Shown here: in pieces, positions 12,822 through 26,168 of the stretch
Numbering within the stretch: position 1 is the stretch's first letter
Layout: the number at the start of each line of letters is the position of its first letter
DNA from: Botryllus schlosseri
Lineage: Eukaryota
Direction of reading: 5' to 3'
Length of the DNA stretch: 64,000 nucleotides
Assembly: GCA_051294905.1 (NCBI GenBank)
Contig: CM119371.1
Span: 10,480,001 to 10,544,000, forward strand
Notes under the pieces: model-generated
The model's input: only the letters and a program-made list of their open reading frames with translations
What the model was told of the DNA's origin: nothing
The model's database searches: none
Made by a program: the position numbers and the translations under genes

Positions 12822-15659
12822 TAGGCGAGCAAAGTGATTTGCTAAAAGCTGATCCATCCACCGACCATGCAAATCTCCACTTCGCTAGCGGGTCTACCGA
12901 GGATATTGAGGATTGCTTGCAAGTCTTTTTAGGCCCTGTGCACCACACGGCACGAATTTTATTATGCCTATGGGTCTTCGCTTTTTGCATTCCCGTGGAC
13001 AGCTTTCAATCTCTCTCGAGGTCTTTTATCGGTCGCTCTCACTCCCATGAGTCCTGATCGAGTATAGCTAACTCTAAAATTATACAGCCCTCAGCCTTTG
13101 TGATAAGATGCTCAATTGGTCATTTTGCTTTTTGTCTATATCCAGTACCTAAAACATGGTTACTCTCCTCTAAGAACAGCAGTTTAGTTGAAATCCATGA
13201 ATGTGAATTTTGTCCGCACTTTGTTCGATTTACTACATCGCTAAATGTATATATTTACGTTGCCGGAGGACAGTAAGGCTGCGAGATTAGCTAAACGAAC
13301 CCTCTACTCGGCCATTGTGGCATTCTTTTTGACAGACCATCTCTGTTGTAGCATATCTGCGGCTCGTGGCGTCTTCCGATTGATGAAATCGGGAGACCCA
13401 TGGTATTAACCATTTATAGTGGATACTAATAGTTGATATCAGGTGCACGTACCTTACAAGAGATGGCATGAACATTGTGCTACCCGGAGGAATGTATTAG
13501 GTATTGTAAGATTCATTTTGCTGATCGTCAGTTATCAAGAATTGGCCGCTGTAGGCCTACTCGACAAACACCATGAATACAAAGAGACCAGAAAAAGAGC
13601 CGACGAAAGAAAACGCTCACAAGGAATGTAAAGAACTAGTAGAAAGGTCAGCGGCTTCAATACGATCAACATCAAGAAAAGAACTGTGGCATCGGGCAGT
13701 CATAGGCCGAGGTGGATGTTACAGTAAAGGATCGCTACTGATCCGTGTCGTTCGACATCCTCCTATCTGTTCATGACATCGCATTGTGTCTTATCGCATT
13801 GTACATTGTGTGTGACTTGTTCAGATGAAATATATATCCCAACGATATTATTATTAGAGTAGTGGCAAATGTAAGCGCCTACCGCCCAGGGGACAGGGTT
13901 CGATTCCGCGTCGGAGGTTATAATGGGCTACTCTTCCCCCACGTCGCTGTCCCTACGGCGACGAATGGCCCAGAAAAAGATCCGATGAATGAGCACACCC
14001 ACGAAGAATGGAAAGAGCAAGAAAAATCCGCGGTGAATGCCAGTTTGAGAAACCGCAACTGCAACCGCAACTGCGTTCGGCATCCTTCTACCTGTCCATT
14101 ACATCGCACTGCATACATTACGTTGTGTGTGTGATGAAAACATAATCTGATTATTAGTGATATTGATTGCTTATGAAACTTACAATTATGCAAAGTCATG
14201 TCAGCTCGAAAAGTTGTGGAGAAATCGACACAAAATCCAACTGCACAAGAATCGAAAACAGGCATGGTTGGTATAATGTGTGATGCAACGAGTTTTTGAT
14301 TGTACAATATTGTAATTATTCTTCGGTTTTACATCCTAATTCTATTCCATGATATGGTGAACTTTATTACCATAGTGTCCTATATGGTACAATGGATCAG
14401 CTCAAGAGCAAGTGTGCACTAGAGTGAGAGTGTGAATGCTCAATCCGTTGCGCAACAATGGCCAATAAGCTTGCGGTTTGCGCAGCTCCTCATTTTGGGG
14501 TTTTCCAGGGCCACGAGCGGAAGTAAATGCATATGTTCGCAATCAGTACCACGGTAGCTTTCGATTGATCCCCGTTTAATCAAATTTCGCGCTCGGCAAG
14601 CCGGTCAATAATTACGGGTCAAATTGGCTTTATCCAAGTGGAAAGTGTGACGTAGAGCAATTTCACAGACTCCGGAGATTTGTTTGTGTCCACACCATAT
14701 TGGACACTATGATATTATGAAGTAAACGTTTAAACAATTACCAAGTTTCATGACGAAACCTTTACTGCTAATTAATTCGAATTCAGTACCACCTCACAGA
14801 TTCCTCAGAATCCATCATAATCGGAAATCATTATGCCTACTGAATGATCGATATTTTTCAATCAGTTTTCACGGTATCAATTTTGCCTTTGAGAACAGGC
14901 ATTCGATGCATGTCGGGTGTACGTTGTTCACTATCTTTCGCAGTGACATGCGTGGAAACGGAAACCATAGTGAACATGATGATAACTCTATGTTCGCTAT
15001 TTTGGCATTGTTTAAACCCCGTATTCGAAAACGGCTTAGTAGTTAAATTAAGTTGGAGCATAACCAAAATGCATCTTGGCAGAACCTGGATACGATGCAT
15101 AGTCGTAGTTTGGATAGTATGCACATATCACCACATGTGTTATGAAGTGGCAGCAATAAAATGATAACATATTTTATTCGGGCTCGTGCCTGACCTGCCA
15201 AGACAATATCGACTACATGCCTTAGTATAGGTATGGGCATTGATTTGAACCCAGGTACCGAATATATATATTACCAATAAAATTGGAGAAAACAATAATC
15301 GCTAACTAGAAGCACGGTGGCCTACTAAAAAATACTACACTTGTGTTGCATCTTGTAAATATATCCAAAGAAACAGAATAGCCATAAGAAAGCACAACAA
15401 GAAGGTCATCGGAAACAAGACAGCAGAGTCGGGGCTGTAATTAATTTAGGGATGGTGTGAACTTCTGAAAGGTTCAGGTTCGTATGAACGCGAACCTTTT
15501 TGAAAGGTTCTGTGTTAACGCGAACGTGAACCTCATGACGTCACGTGACGTCATTTTGCTCATTCCAACACTACATTTCAGTGGACTGATATATTAACGT
15601 ACAACACGATTCCTAGCGACGATTCGGGCCACATTATGCCACAATGCTGAAGTGCATAC

Positions 15660-15917
15660 TGTTATGTTCGTGCATTTTACGTTGGTATCGTTTGTCTCTT
15701 ATTTGTCTAGGATTAGTAATTACCGCCAATCATTATTTCCCCGTGTGTCGTGCTTCGTATTTATACTCTGTGTTCTGTTGTCTCGTGGTCTTTCATTTGA
15801 ACTGAACTCTGGATCGTGTCACCTGTCTTAAAGTTATTCTGCTGTTAATATATACTGATTTCATATTGCAACCTCGTCGTATTGAGTTATTGTTCGAACA
15901 AGATCAAGAACATCACA
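15660..15917. mobile_element. Probable solo LTR (258 bp)
   Basis: TG...CA termini and a 5-bp TSD CATAC (15655-15659, 15918-15922). Absent from the other copies of the host MITE. Confidence 0.7.
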
Positions 15918-16341
15918 CATACCAACTTTTTGAACGTCGCCAAATATAACAACTGGAGCAAGCAAATGATGTAATAATCACATAAAATCAATATCGACAA
16001 AGCCTTGTAAGGGAATATAAGCTTACGCCTTACGTCTAACCCAGACCGGAGTATTGCGACATTGTTACTGAGCAGAGTGTGAAAAGGGTTTCTATACTTG
16101 CTACCGATTTTATCCCATTATGCAGGCGTAGCCAACATCCCAATCACATTGATTTATTTTTTATGATACAATTAATATATCAAATCAAGATGGTCACCGT
16201 ACGCCTGCTAGAATTTTTATATTAGTCAACGATGTATTCTTTATATGAATTTCATTGATTGGTTGAATAACCATCATTCGCTAACTATACGGTAGCGTAT
16301 TTCGCTATTGAAATTGTGTGATTGCGGGTCAGGATCACAGC

Positions 16342-17583
16342 CAGGGCCGTAACAGCACTTCGTCAGCCCCCCCCCCAAAAAAACGTTGGTCTTGGGCCTC
16401 CAACTTATGGGGGGGCTCGCCCCCCAGACCCCCCTCAGGCTATACCCTGTTACGACCACTACTCATCAGTTAAATTGGGTTCCGTTTAGTGAGTAAGCTG
16501 TTCTCGCTTGAACGCGCGAGGCACGAGAAGTTTCTATAATTCATGACTGAATCGGACAATATGATCGGGAATTGCATATATATTGTTATCAATTTGTATC
16601 CTCTCTCTGCTCACATACTCTGATTTACCAGTAGAGTTGAGTGAGGTGTGTTAGAAAAAGTAGGACCCCTCAATAATATTTAAACATCTCCGGGTGTATA
16701 CCCGTTGGCAAGAACGAAACAGTACTTCGACCCCCCCCCCCAAAAAAAAGTCTTGGGCTCCCATTGGGTGATAAAGCAACCCCCATCACGCTGTTCGCTG
16801 TTTTTTACGAAATTATGGTGGAACTGGTTAGTGAGCCAACGCGAAGCGCGAAAATTTTCGATAATTCATCACAAAATCGGTCAATAAGATCGGGAATTGC
16901 ATATATATATATATATCAATTTCTTGTCCTTTCTGCTCACGTATTCAGATTTACCGGTACAGCTGAGTGAGGTGTCTTTGAAACTGTGAAGCCCGTAAAT
17001 AATAATTACACATTTTCGGGCGGGCGGGCGGACTCGTTGGTACGACTTCGTTACATGATGTTATTTCGCGACATCCTGTCTGCTATATCATAAAATATAG
17101 AATCGCCCAAACGTACTAAACTAATAGATCACACGATTTCCAATTGGTATTTCTTCGCTGGCATATAATTTTTCTCTGTGGGATGATATTTGTCTTGTGA
17201 GGTTCAGATTTCCAAGACAGGAACATTCGATGCCAGTCATTTAAGCACCTATGGACAATGAAACCTATATTTTACCCGGTCAGCATAACGGCAGTCCATC
17301 TTGGAGTCGCATGCTATATGGCCTGAAACTTTAAATGTCTTGGTGCGTCGTGCGTCGTCGTATTTCTATAAATCTTTCGTATTTTTTCTTGGGAAGGAGT
17401 ACTCAATAATCCAGATATATGGCAACTTGAAATCGCGCCAAGCGAATTTTTTTTTAAATTGCATAATTTTTTTAAAAATACTTTAAAATATATGCTAATT
17501 CACGAAATAATTTTGAGCCCCCTTCGAGCTCGCCCCCCCCCCCCCCCAATGGCGGGTTTGGGGGTGCGGCAGTTACGGCCCTG
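16342..17583. mobile_element. Non-autonomous hAT-type element (CAGGGCCGTAAC termini)
   Basis: Perfect TIR CAGGGCCGTAAC...GTTACGGCCCTG; perfect 8-bp TSD ATCACAGC. Confidence 0.88.
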
Positions 17584-20500
17584 ATCACAGCAAAGAGTCA
17601 CTAAATATTTATAAACGGGAAACAGGATATTTCGAGCAAAATTTTGTAATAAAGCAAGTGAAAATTTTGAGATTGTCAGAGTGCATGCTCCTTTAGTTTT
17701 TTTGATTTTTTATGCTGTCAGCGCCATGCATAGAGTGGCCCGCAGTTGAAATGCGATGGATTTTACCTAATAATGTTATGAGGTGGAAAATTGTGATATA
17801 TGAAAAAAATTCACAGTGCAGAACCTACCAAGGTAGGTTTCTTTGTGAACGTGAATCTCTAAATTTTTGAGGTTCACACACAAATTGCGAACGTGAACCT
17901 CACGTTCACACCATCCCTATTATCCATATCAACACACGTACGCAAGCTGTGCTAAATGTCATGAACTCAGCTTGGCAGTTATTCCAGATACGCTTTTTTT
18001 CAGACAACTTATCAAAGCATCAAATACGACGAATAAACACCAGCGATGATTCTATAATGGAAGCTAGCTACTGGACCAGTGAAGCCTATGATCAGCAGTG
18101 AAGAAACGCAAATTATTGATAGTCTCGGTTTGCAAAATCTATCAAAAATTTGACCAACTATAAGTCCCACAGCAGTTGCAGTTACGATACCAATAATAAA
18201 CAGCAACCCTACAAACTGATCATTCAAATGGGGAAATTCCTTGAAAATCAAAGAAGATACAAGGGTGGCGCCGTACGCTCAGTCGGTCATCGTGAAAGCG
18301 TACAGTATAAAATATATCTCGTGTGGGCGACGAGAAAAAAGAAATGCGACGTCTTTCAACTCTATTTTCAGGCTGTAGGTCGGTGATCTCTGCACTAAAG
18401 GCGTATTTTCGTGCAGTGCTGGATCAGCAAGCAGTTTGCTATGCTCGCGAAAACGTGACCTGTCAGACAAAAACCATAGGCTATCACTAAAACGCAACTA
18501 ATTAAGGACATTACGACAATGACCCGAATGTCGGAGTGAAAACAATCTTGAATCTGCGATCAATATTTTCGGAAGTGTTGATGGCTATACGGAATTCCCA
18601 TGCAACCAAGTTAGACATCAGAGATGCTAGCCGCCTTGTAGCCGAGGATATTGCTGTCTCTTTTTCTCTTTCATTCTAAGGAAACCAATTCACGGACACT
18701 AGCTGTGCTATTGGTATTATGACTCCGGCGGCGTAACCAGATAGAAACATCCCCGCAACTAAGAGTCAGAATATTCTTAGGAAAACTTCCATTTTAACAA
18801 GTGGAGTGGCGAATCCGTTCAAGATGCAGGCTAGCAAAGTGATTTGCCGAAGGCTGATGCAACCACCGATAGCCAGTCTACCGACGAGATTGGCAATTGC
18901 TTGTATCCGTCATAGCTGGTTTCCTAAATATCTCGACGTGATATCGTTGACAAATGAGAATGATCGGAAACCGAAGACATCCAAATCGTTGATGAAACAC
19001 ATTATTATGGATTATCCTATCTCTTTTACATGACGAGGGGCCTTTCCCCTCCAACGTCTCGTTGGTTTCTGAATCACGACCGCTATCATTCGACTTCATA
19101 GCAAACACTAGACCTGATGTCACTCACTCGGTTCACTTTCAAAGAATTTTCCACAATGGCCAATCAATGCAGGAAACGAAATGTCGTATACCAAGCTACA
19201 CCAACGATTACTTGAGCAATGAGCACGAGAACTATCATTCGTGCTGAAACGGAAGGAAGCAGAGAGAGCAGACTCTATGAATATTGATTGCTGTGAAATT
19301 GGCCTATGCTAGCGTAGCGATGAACGTCAGTGCCATCTACGCAGGCGGCCCGAGTTAAAGTTCTGAAGTTCTGCCTTTGGAGGTCCCTCTGGACTTCTTT
19401 TCCCCTATGTCCGCAGTTCCTACGGCTACAAAAAAGGGCCAGGAAAAAGATCCTATGTTCTGAAAAACATTCGATGACGAAAGAAAGAAACTAACTAGAA
19501 ATAATGTTTAAAATGACATACCAAGACAGATTAACATCGAAATGACTGTAAAATCGGGCACCATGTTGAAGTGGTTGCTAGATTAAAAAACCACAACTTG
19601 GTCGTTTCGGAATCCTCCTATCTGATCATTGCATCGTATTATGTCTTGTCTATTAAACATTCTGAGTATGTGGCTTGGGCAGATCAAAGTATAATCCGGC
19701 AATGATCGATTAATATTATTGATAATGCGACTGATGGTAATAATTGACTGCATGAAAAGCGTAAAGCTCACAGCCATCCGCTATGACCGATTGATTTACC
19801 TGAAGTCATTATGGCCATAACTTATCAATTGTGGTAAATATTTTTGAACAGCTATCAAAGTATCAGTCGAATGAATATCGAACCATTGCTAGCCAGACTG
19901 CTTAGAGTCAAGTGTACCTGTTTGATGCTGGTGTGATCAGACTAGATGACCCTCACGGTCTTATCGATCATTCCTATCTAATACCGAATACTGTGCAAGC
20001 ATATTTTCTGTACCACCATCACTGCCGTGTGTTATGTATTTTGGTTGGATGAAAATAAAGACTCTCTCTCTCTCTCTCTCCTTCATTTTCAACTTGACTT
20101 ATATCACGAGCATTGTCTTGGGTAATTGAAGGACGGAACCTGCGGTTCTCAACCGCGGTGCCGCAACTGTTCAGGGGTGCCGGGAAACAAATGAGGTGAA
20201 GCTGGTTGCCGTCGACATAAAACAATTATTAAAGGGGTGCTACCTATAAATATGATGTGGTGTCAAATTCAAATTGGAAGTGCGAAAACAATTTTGTAAA
20301 CAGCCATTTTGATATGACAGTCGTAACTATAAACAACAGACACAGCTCCTTCATGATGTCGGTTGCCAACTAATTATTTCTAGTTACATCAATATAGATA
20401 CACTGAAAACTGCTACATTGAATAAATTGCCAGGAATTTGGCAAAGGTTTAAGGAGTGATGTGGCATGTCGACATCACATAGATCAGTGGTTAGGAACCT

Positions 20501-22464
20501 GTGGCTCGCGAGCCATATATGGCTCTTTTGATGACGAAATATGGCTCTTTGATAAGTTTTCAATTTTGCACATTATTCCTATCTTCTATATAAAAATTGT
20601 GTTTATTAAATTTTATACTATGGTATCATTATTCTTGTGGCGGTGAGAAGGGTATGTATAAAGTCAAAACAGTGATTTATATTCGGAAGTGGGTGTAGGG
20701 GCTCAGACATTCAAATTCTTGAAATTTATAATGACCAATATTGACTGTTGATAACTTCTCATTATTATCGGTCCAATAAAGGGGAGGACAACTTCTTCGG
20801 TTGGCGGTCCGGATATGAGATATGCATGCCTTAGATTCTTGGATTTTACAATACGTTAAGAATAATCAAAGAAAAGCAGTCATTCCGACGCCTGTATGAT
20901 TAGCTATGCTAAATTGTCCAGTGCTCGACTGCCATTATTCATTGCGCTGCCTGGTCTAACAGAAGTCGGACAGATTATTGATTTGTGCGGTCGTTATAAC
21001 CACATACACCGACTCACGCAGATCGAAGTTTTTTCGTGCGAGGACAGATTATGCTAACATGCATTTGAAGACAAATTCACGGAGTCTGGTCATGGGATTA
21101 TAAGGAATAATTTTTCAAGTATTTTCGGTTCCAGTGTCTCATCGATACCACATCTCCGCTACCCTAAAATCGTTTTTACAATCTATGATGATTTTTTTTT
21201 ACTTGCTAGTGTGATCAATTCGCGACATATCCATAACTGTTGGGGATGCGCCCGCATCCCTCGCAACCACCCTGTCATACGGCAATGCACTGAGATGGCA
21301 AAAAAAAAACGCACCACTTGGCCATAGCGTGAATAAGCTATAAGATTGGGCCTCTCGTCAAGTTTGTTCTGAAACATATCTGAATACAACAACAGGAAAC
21401 CACACGGAATGAAATTTCGCTGAGTAAATCATATAGTAGAATGAATGTCAATTGCAGGAAATAATAAAACAAATTTGGTAAATCAAACAATGTATTCGTC
21501 TGTCATTCTATGAATTATGGTAGCATCAAGTTTGAAGGATATCTGCCAGTCATTAGGCTACACTATGCAGGAGAGCAAGTGCACGGTTATCACTGACTAA
21601 GTTACATATGACTTTTGTTTTCTAGTCAGTAATAGTTAGAAAAGTTAGGACTGTGATTTCCGATTCTCGGACAGTGTTAATTAATTATTGAGTTCGATAA
21701 ATGCTATCATGATCGTTCTTATACTCACAAGTTTTCGATTATGAACTTTGCAGCATTGCTATCGTATAGTAGATATGCAACACGTCAGAAGTATGCATAG
21801 TAAATAGTGCATGTTTCGTCACCGGTGGGATCGGTACACGAGCATAGAATCAGAATCAAAACAATGGTACAAGACCGTGGTCATATAGGTCTCAGTGTTG
21901 GTGTTGCATAGCGACCGAGCTTCAAGAAGTGACAAGCTAGCACATGTTTCACAGCTGCAATACCAATGCAACAACATTGCACGAATAAAATTTATTTCAA
22001 GGAGGGCTGGTCACAATGATTCGAGCAATCGAATTCGAATCCGAAACAGATACAATTTGTTATGATTCGGGTCGAGAGTTAATTATTTTCTGGCACTGAC
22101 ATCATCTTTTCCGAGCCTTGAAACCCTGATCGGTCGTATCGCAGCAACCAAAACATGCACAAAGATTAGCAATTGCACGCGTTTGTAGAAACCAAACTTC
22201 GCAGAAGTATAGTGAATAAAGCGAAGCATCGTCTAAAGTCTATATAGTAAAGAGTGCATGTTTCGACACCGGTGGGGTTGGTACACTTGAATTGAATCAG
22301 AGTCAAATCAATGGTACATGGTAGGGATGATGTAAGCCCCTAAAAGGCTGGGGTTTGTGTTTACGCGAACCTTCTTGTAAGATCCTATGTGAACGCGAAC
22401 GTGAACACAAGCCCATAACGCCACGTGACTTCATAGTGCTAATTCCAATCCTACTTTTCCTAAA

Positions 22465-22518
22465 AGAAATATATAGAAATATATAGAAATATATAGAAAT
22501 AGAAATATAGAAATATAT
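22465..22518. repeat. Short (AGAAATATAT)n tandem repeat
   Basis: About five imperfect units seen directly. Confidence 0.8.
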
Positions 22519-22530
22519 TAGTGTTATAGT

Positions 22531-23307
22531 CAGGGTTGCCATCGACATGAACTCAAAAATAAGGACATTCGAAAAATTAGATTAGCATCAAAAAAACGTT
22601 TTTGTACATACTCTATGGGAGTTGAAATAGCGGTCTTTCCTATGGCCTCCAGGTTAATGTCACAATGGCAGATATTGCAATGTGCAAAACACTCGCCCTT
22701 CCAGCTTCGTTTGAGACTTTTGAATTCTCTCTCATAATCGTCATGAATAACTTTTTTACGCTTGCTCATTTTAACTAATCAGATTTAGCATTATTAGTAG
22801 CTAAAACTATATGTGCAATATAATTTAGATAAATTCATCAATGATTTATACGCTTACTACTTTATAACTCAAGTGTCGACTGCACTGCTCATTTTTCACG
22901 ACACATTAAATGCAGCCCTCTCCACAGCCTTTTTTGCTGTAGACTAAACAGCAGTGCTAAAATGATATCCGTAGCGATAGCTTGGTACAGCCCAAACTGC
23001 TATACCACTCACTGCCACGGTAGCTATCTTACCACTTAGAAGTCATATCCTGTGGTATGTGCACCCAAGGAGTTGCTTTCATTTATGGTCATAAAATCAC
23101 GACTCAAAAGCATAATTTTAGAATATTATGCAGCACGGATACCAGAGGAAAACGATCGAAGTTCTGTAGTTGTTGAAAATAAGACAAAATAAGGACGCAA
23201 GTCGAAAATAAGGATATTTCCTAAAAATAAGGACAGTTGAGTTTTCTAAGACATTGCCTTTCAAAATAAGGACAAATCTTAGAAATAAGGACGGTATGGC
23301 AACCCTG
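22531..23307 (-). mobile_element. Internally deleted hAT transposon retaining the 5' end of its transposase
   Basis: TIR CAGGGTTGCCAT...ATGGCAACCCTG; perfect 8-bp TSD GTTATAGT; AAATAAGGAC subterminal repeats. Minus-strand ORF 22530-22769 begins MSKRKK...AHCNICHCDINLEAIGKTAI, resembling a BED-type zinc-finger N-terminus. Confidence 0.8.
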
Positions 23308-26168
23308 GTTATAGTGCATAAGATACCTATAGCGACGATTCAGGTCAGATTATGCCACAATGCTGACGTGCATGCTGGCTTCTGAAGCATCACCAATTGT
23401 TTACCAACTGGAACAATCAAATACTATAATAATTCCATGAAACCAAAATCTTCGGCCGCTTTGTCAACAATTTCAATAAGGACTTGCAAGATAATATAAA
23501 CTTCGCCTTAACGGTATAGACTAGCGATTCCAACCGCGGCTTCAAGGTAGCGTTCATGCGGCTCTGATTGACCTCTAATTGCTACAGACGACAGCTGTTG
23601 TTTGTTTTAGTGAATAGTTATTGTCAATTTCTGTATATGAATGCAAATATTAGGGATATTAGTTACGTCTAAAGCAGTGGTTGTCAACCTTTTTGACCTC
23701 GGGGGCCGGTAAAACGTCAAAACAGATCTTGCGGACTGGTGAACCTTCAAAAACAAATATTTACCCAAAATTTAATCACGACAACTTCAATGTAATATTG
23801 GAAACTTTTTTAATGATGCCTTAATGATAGTATAAATTTATAAGCAGTGCTACTGAAGTTTCTCTAAGGCGAAGTTCGCGAAGTCCTATTAAATACCACT
23901 AATTTGATAGGGATTGTTCAGTTTCCCATGAAAGAAATGTGAATTTGCTCTTTGCTATTGCTCATATTATACTGCAAATAGTTGCCTAATTGAATTTTGT
24001 TTAAAAGTATTCGTGGCTTTCACATATAACTTGTCCGAAACTAGTTGTTGACTACTTTTTGACACTTTCATACAACACTTGTACCATTGTGACGAACGCC
24101 AAAAGTAGACCATAACTCTCTTTTGTGACGTCCTGCAAAAATACGTTCCAAACTTCTAAATAAATTCAAAATTTTATTTTCATTTCTCTTGTCAATGGAG
24201 AAGCACCCAACTTCTTGCATTTTAGAATTGAGATTAAAAAAAATTTAATATATTTGGCGGACCGGCAGGAAACTTGTCACGGTCTGGCACCGGTTCGCAG
24301 CCGTCCAAGGCCGCTGCTGGAAAACGAGAAAGAGAATTCTTGCAGACTAGCGTCAAATGCACGGATGAATACCCGTCAGACAAGGAGTTATACTGGTCAT
24401 GGACCTTTATATATCGTCTATGTGAAGAATAAATTTCGACAGAATTTTACTTACATCAAAATAACTGCGAAATTACTGCTATTTAGGGTTATCATTAAGG
24501 ACTTTGCCAACACTTACAAGTGAATTCAATTTGCTGTAAGCATCTTATCAGTGCCAAGCATGACCCGCTGATTGAGCCGATCCCTAGAGCATTCAAAACG
24601 TCACCTATATAATACAGCTTGAGCCCAATAAGATCACGCAAAGTATAGTGTCATTGTTAAACTTTAGTTTTGTATTCGCTGATGATGGATCTCTTTTGAA
24701 ACGGGGAATTCGTTCACCCCTTGCATAAGCGCCTTTGCTTTCCCTAGATGAAAACACGGCATGTTGGCCACGGCCGTTTCCTTCACAATAAAGCAGTCAT
24801 GCTGTAAAAGTTTTCGTGAAGCAGCTGTTGTTTGTTCATCATGTATTTCGTACCTCAACATATTCTGAATTGATCTTAAATCATCATCTGCCACCTTACC
24901 AACAATGCGCTTTCAGAAACCCCGCCGGTAGCAGACTTCTTGAACACCTATAATCAGCACGCTGCTGCTGTCGTGATCATTGAAGCATAGCCGATTAGCC
25001 AATCAAGATCCGTGGTTATGTGATTTAGGTCTTCTCGCCGTTCTATTGTCGATGGCACGTCCATTATTGGGCAGCTACTTTGAAACGCTTTGATCGAAAT
25101 CTCGACGGCTTTGCTGCGAACTTCTTTCAGGCTCATTGTTTTTTTTTATCAATAACCTATAGAATGAGACGCAATCACAGAGTATTTTCAAAATTTTCAA
25201 AATTTTGGACAACCCTACTGCTCATAGTCAACCATAAATTGCAGTAAGTTCATTATTACTCACCGTATAATGCCCGCAAACTTGTGGATTAAGTTCTAGA
25301 ATACATGAAGATAGGGTTACCATAAGTACTCCTTTTAGAGGATTTTTCCTCTTTTTGAAAGTGTCCTCGGAGGACGCGCAAATGTCTTCTATTTTTGAGA
25401 ATTTGTTATCTTTTTTGAAAAGTTTGGATAAATGTAAGTGAAATTTGAACTGAGACATAGGAAATTAGAACTCAAGTAATGGTCAGGCGTGTACTTCGGG
25501 AGTTGAGTCAGTAAGATAACCATTTTTTAGTCGAAACCACTACGTTAGCGAGAAGAGTGGGTAATTCGCAAGTCGAATCAAAGTGATGACCTTAGTCAAA
25601 AAACTACAAGCTACGAAAATATTTTCAAATTTTTCCGGATTTTACTTCGGTATTGTAAGTATGAAAATTTTGAAAGTGTGTTCTCTTTTCGGATTCCCAA
25701 AATATGCTATCCCTATATGAAGAGCAATCACATAACGATAGTATGTTGTAGTAATGACATGCATTTTCATAACAAAGCTAGTAAAATTTTTGAGATTGGG
25801 AAGGGCATGTTCGTTAAGCGTTGTGAAATTATTGTCCTGCTGCCAGCGCCATACAGATATTGTGTATAGGGTTGAAATGCAAAGAATTTGAACCAGAGAT
25901 GGTATAATGTTAGATATGAAAAGGCTTTAAAGTGCATTTCTCAGATTCGCACACAGAACGCGAACGTGAATCCCCACGTTCACAGCATCCCTATTACATA
26001 GTTGATTTCTTACTTCGCCTATTCTATTATGACGTAACCGTGAGTTATCCTCGAATATTCGACTCCAATTCAAATCACTCAAGTTCTCGGTTTTGCCCAG
26101 CGCCCAATATTACCATCGTCGTAATTCTATAAACTAAAAGTAAAGTATATCAGAATATCATCATAGCT

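Larger units (their letters stand above)
9350..12925 (-). pseudogene. Fragmented MFS (SLC49/FLVCR-like) pseudogene, copy 0
   Basis: Pieces at ~9350-9520, ~11545-11587, 12449-12540 and 12836-12925 align by eye to the coding regions at 31270-31400 and 33360-33860. They are separated by TE insertions. Confidence 0.65.
15447..17919 (+). mobile_element. TAGGGATGGTGTGAAC-family MITE with two nested insertions
   Basis: TIR TAGGGATGGTGTGAAC...GTTCACACCATCCCTA. Colinear with 28567-29561 once the nested pieces are removed. Confidence 0.85.
15335..19099 (-). pseudogene. MFS (SLC49/FLVCR-like) pseudogene, copy 1
   Basis: ATG at 19099 (MKSNDS), stop at 15335-15337. ORF fragments 18878-19123, 18279-18497 and 18012-18251 match copies 2 and 3 but with frameshifts, stops, deletions and a 2.5-kb TE stack at 15447-17919. 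Confidence 0.85.
22322..25993 (+). mobile_element. TAGGGATGGTGTGAAC-family MITE upstream of methyltransferase copy 2, expanded by nested insertions
   Basis: Same flanks as 6199-7222; ends TAGGGATGATG...GCATCCCTA; degenerate TSD GTACATGG/TTACATAG. Confidence 0.7.

Noticed and set aside
13855..13920. tRNA gene
   Set aside because: It has A/B-box-like motifs, but I could not fold a full cloverleaf with an acceptor stem. More likely a SINE head fragment.
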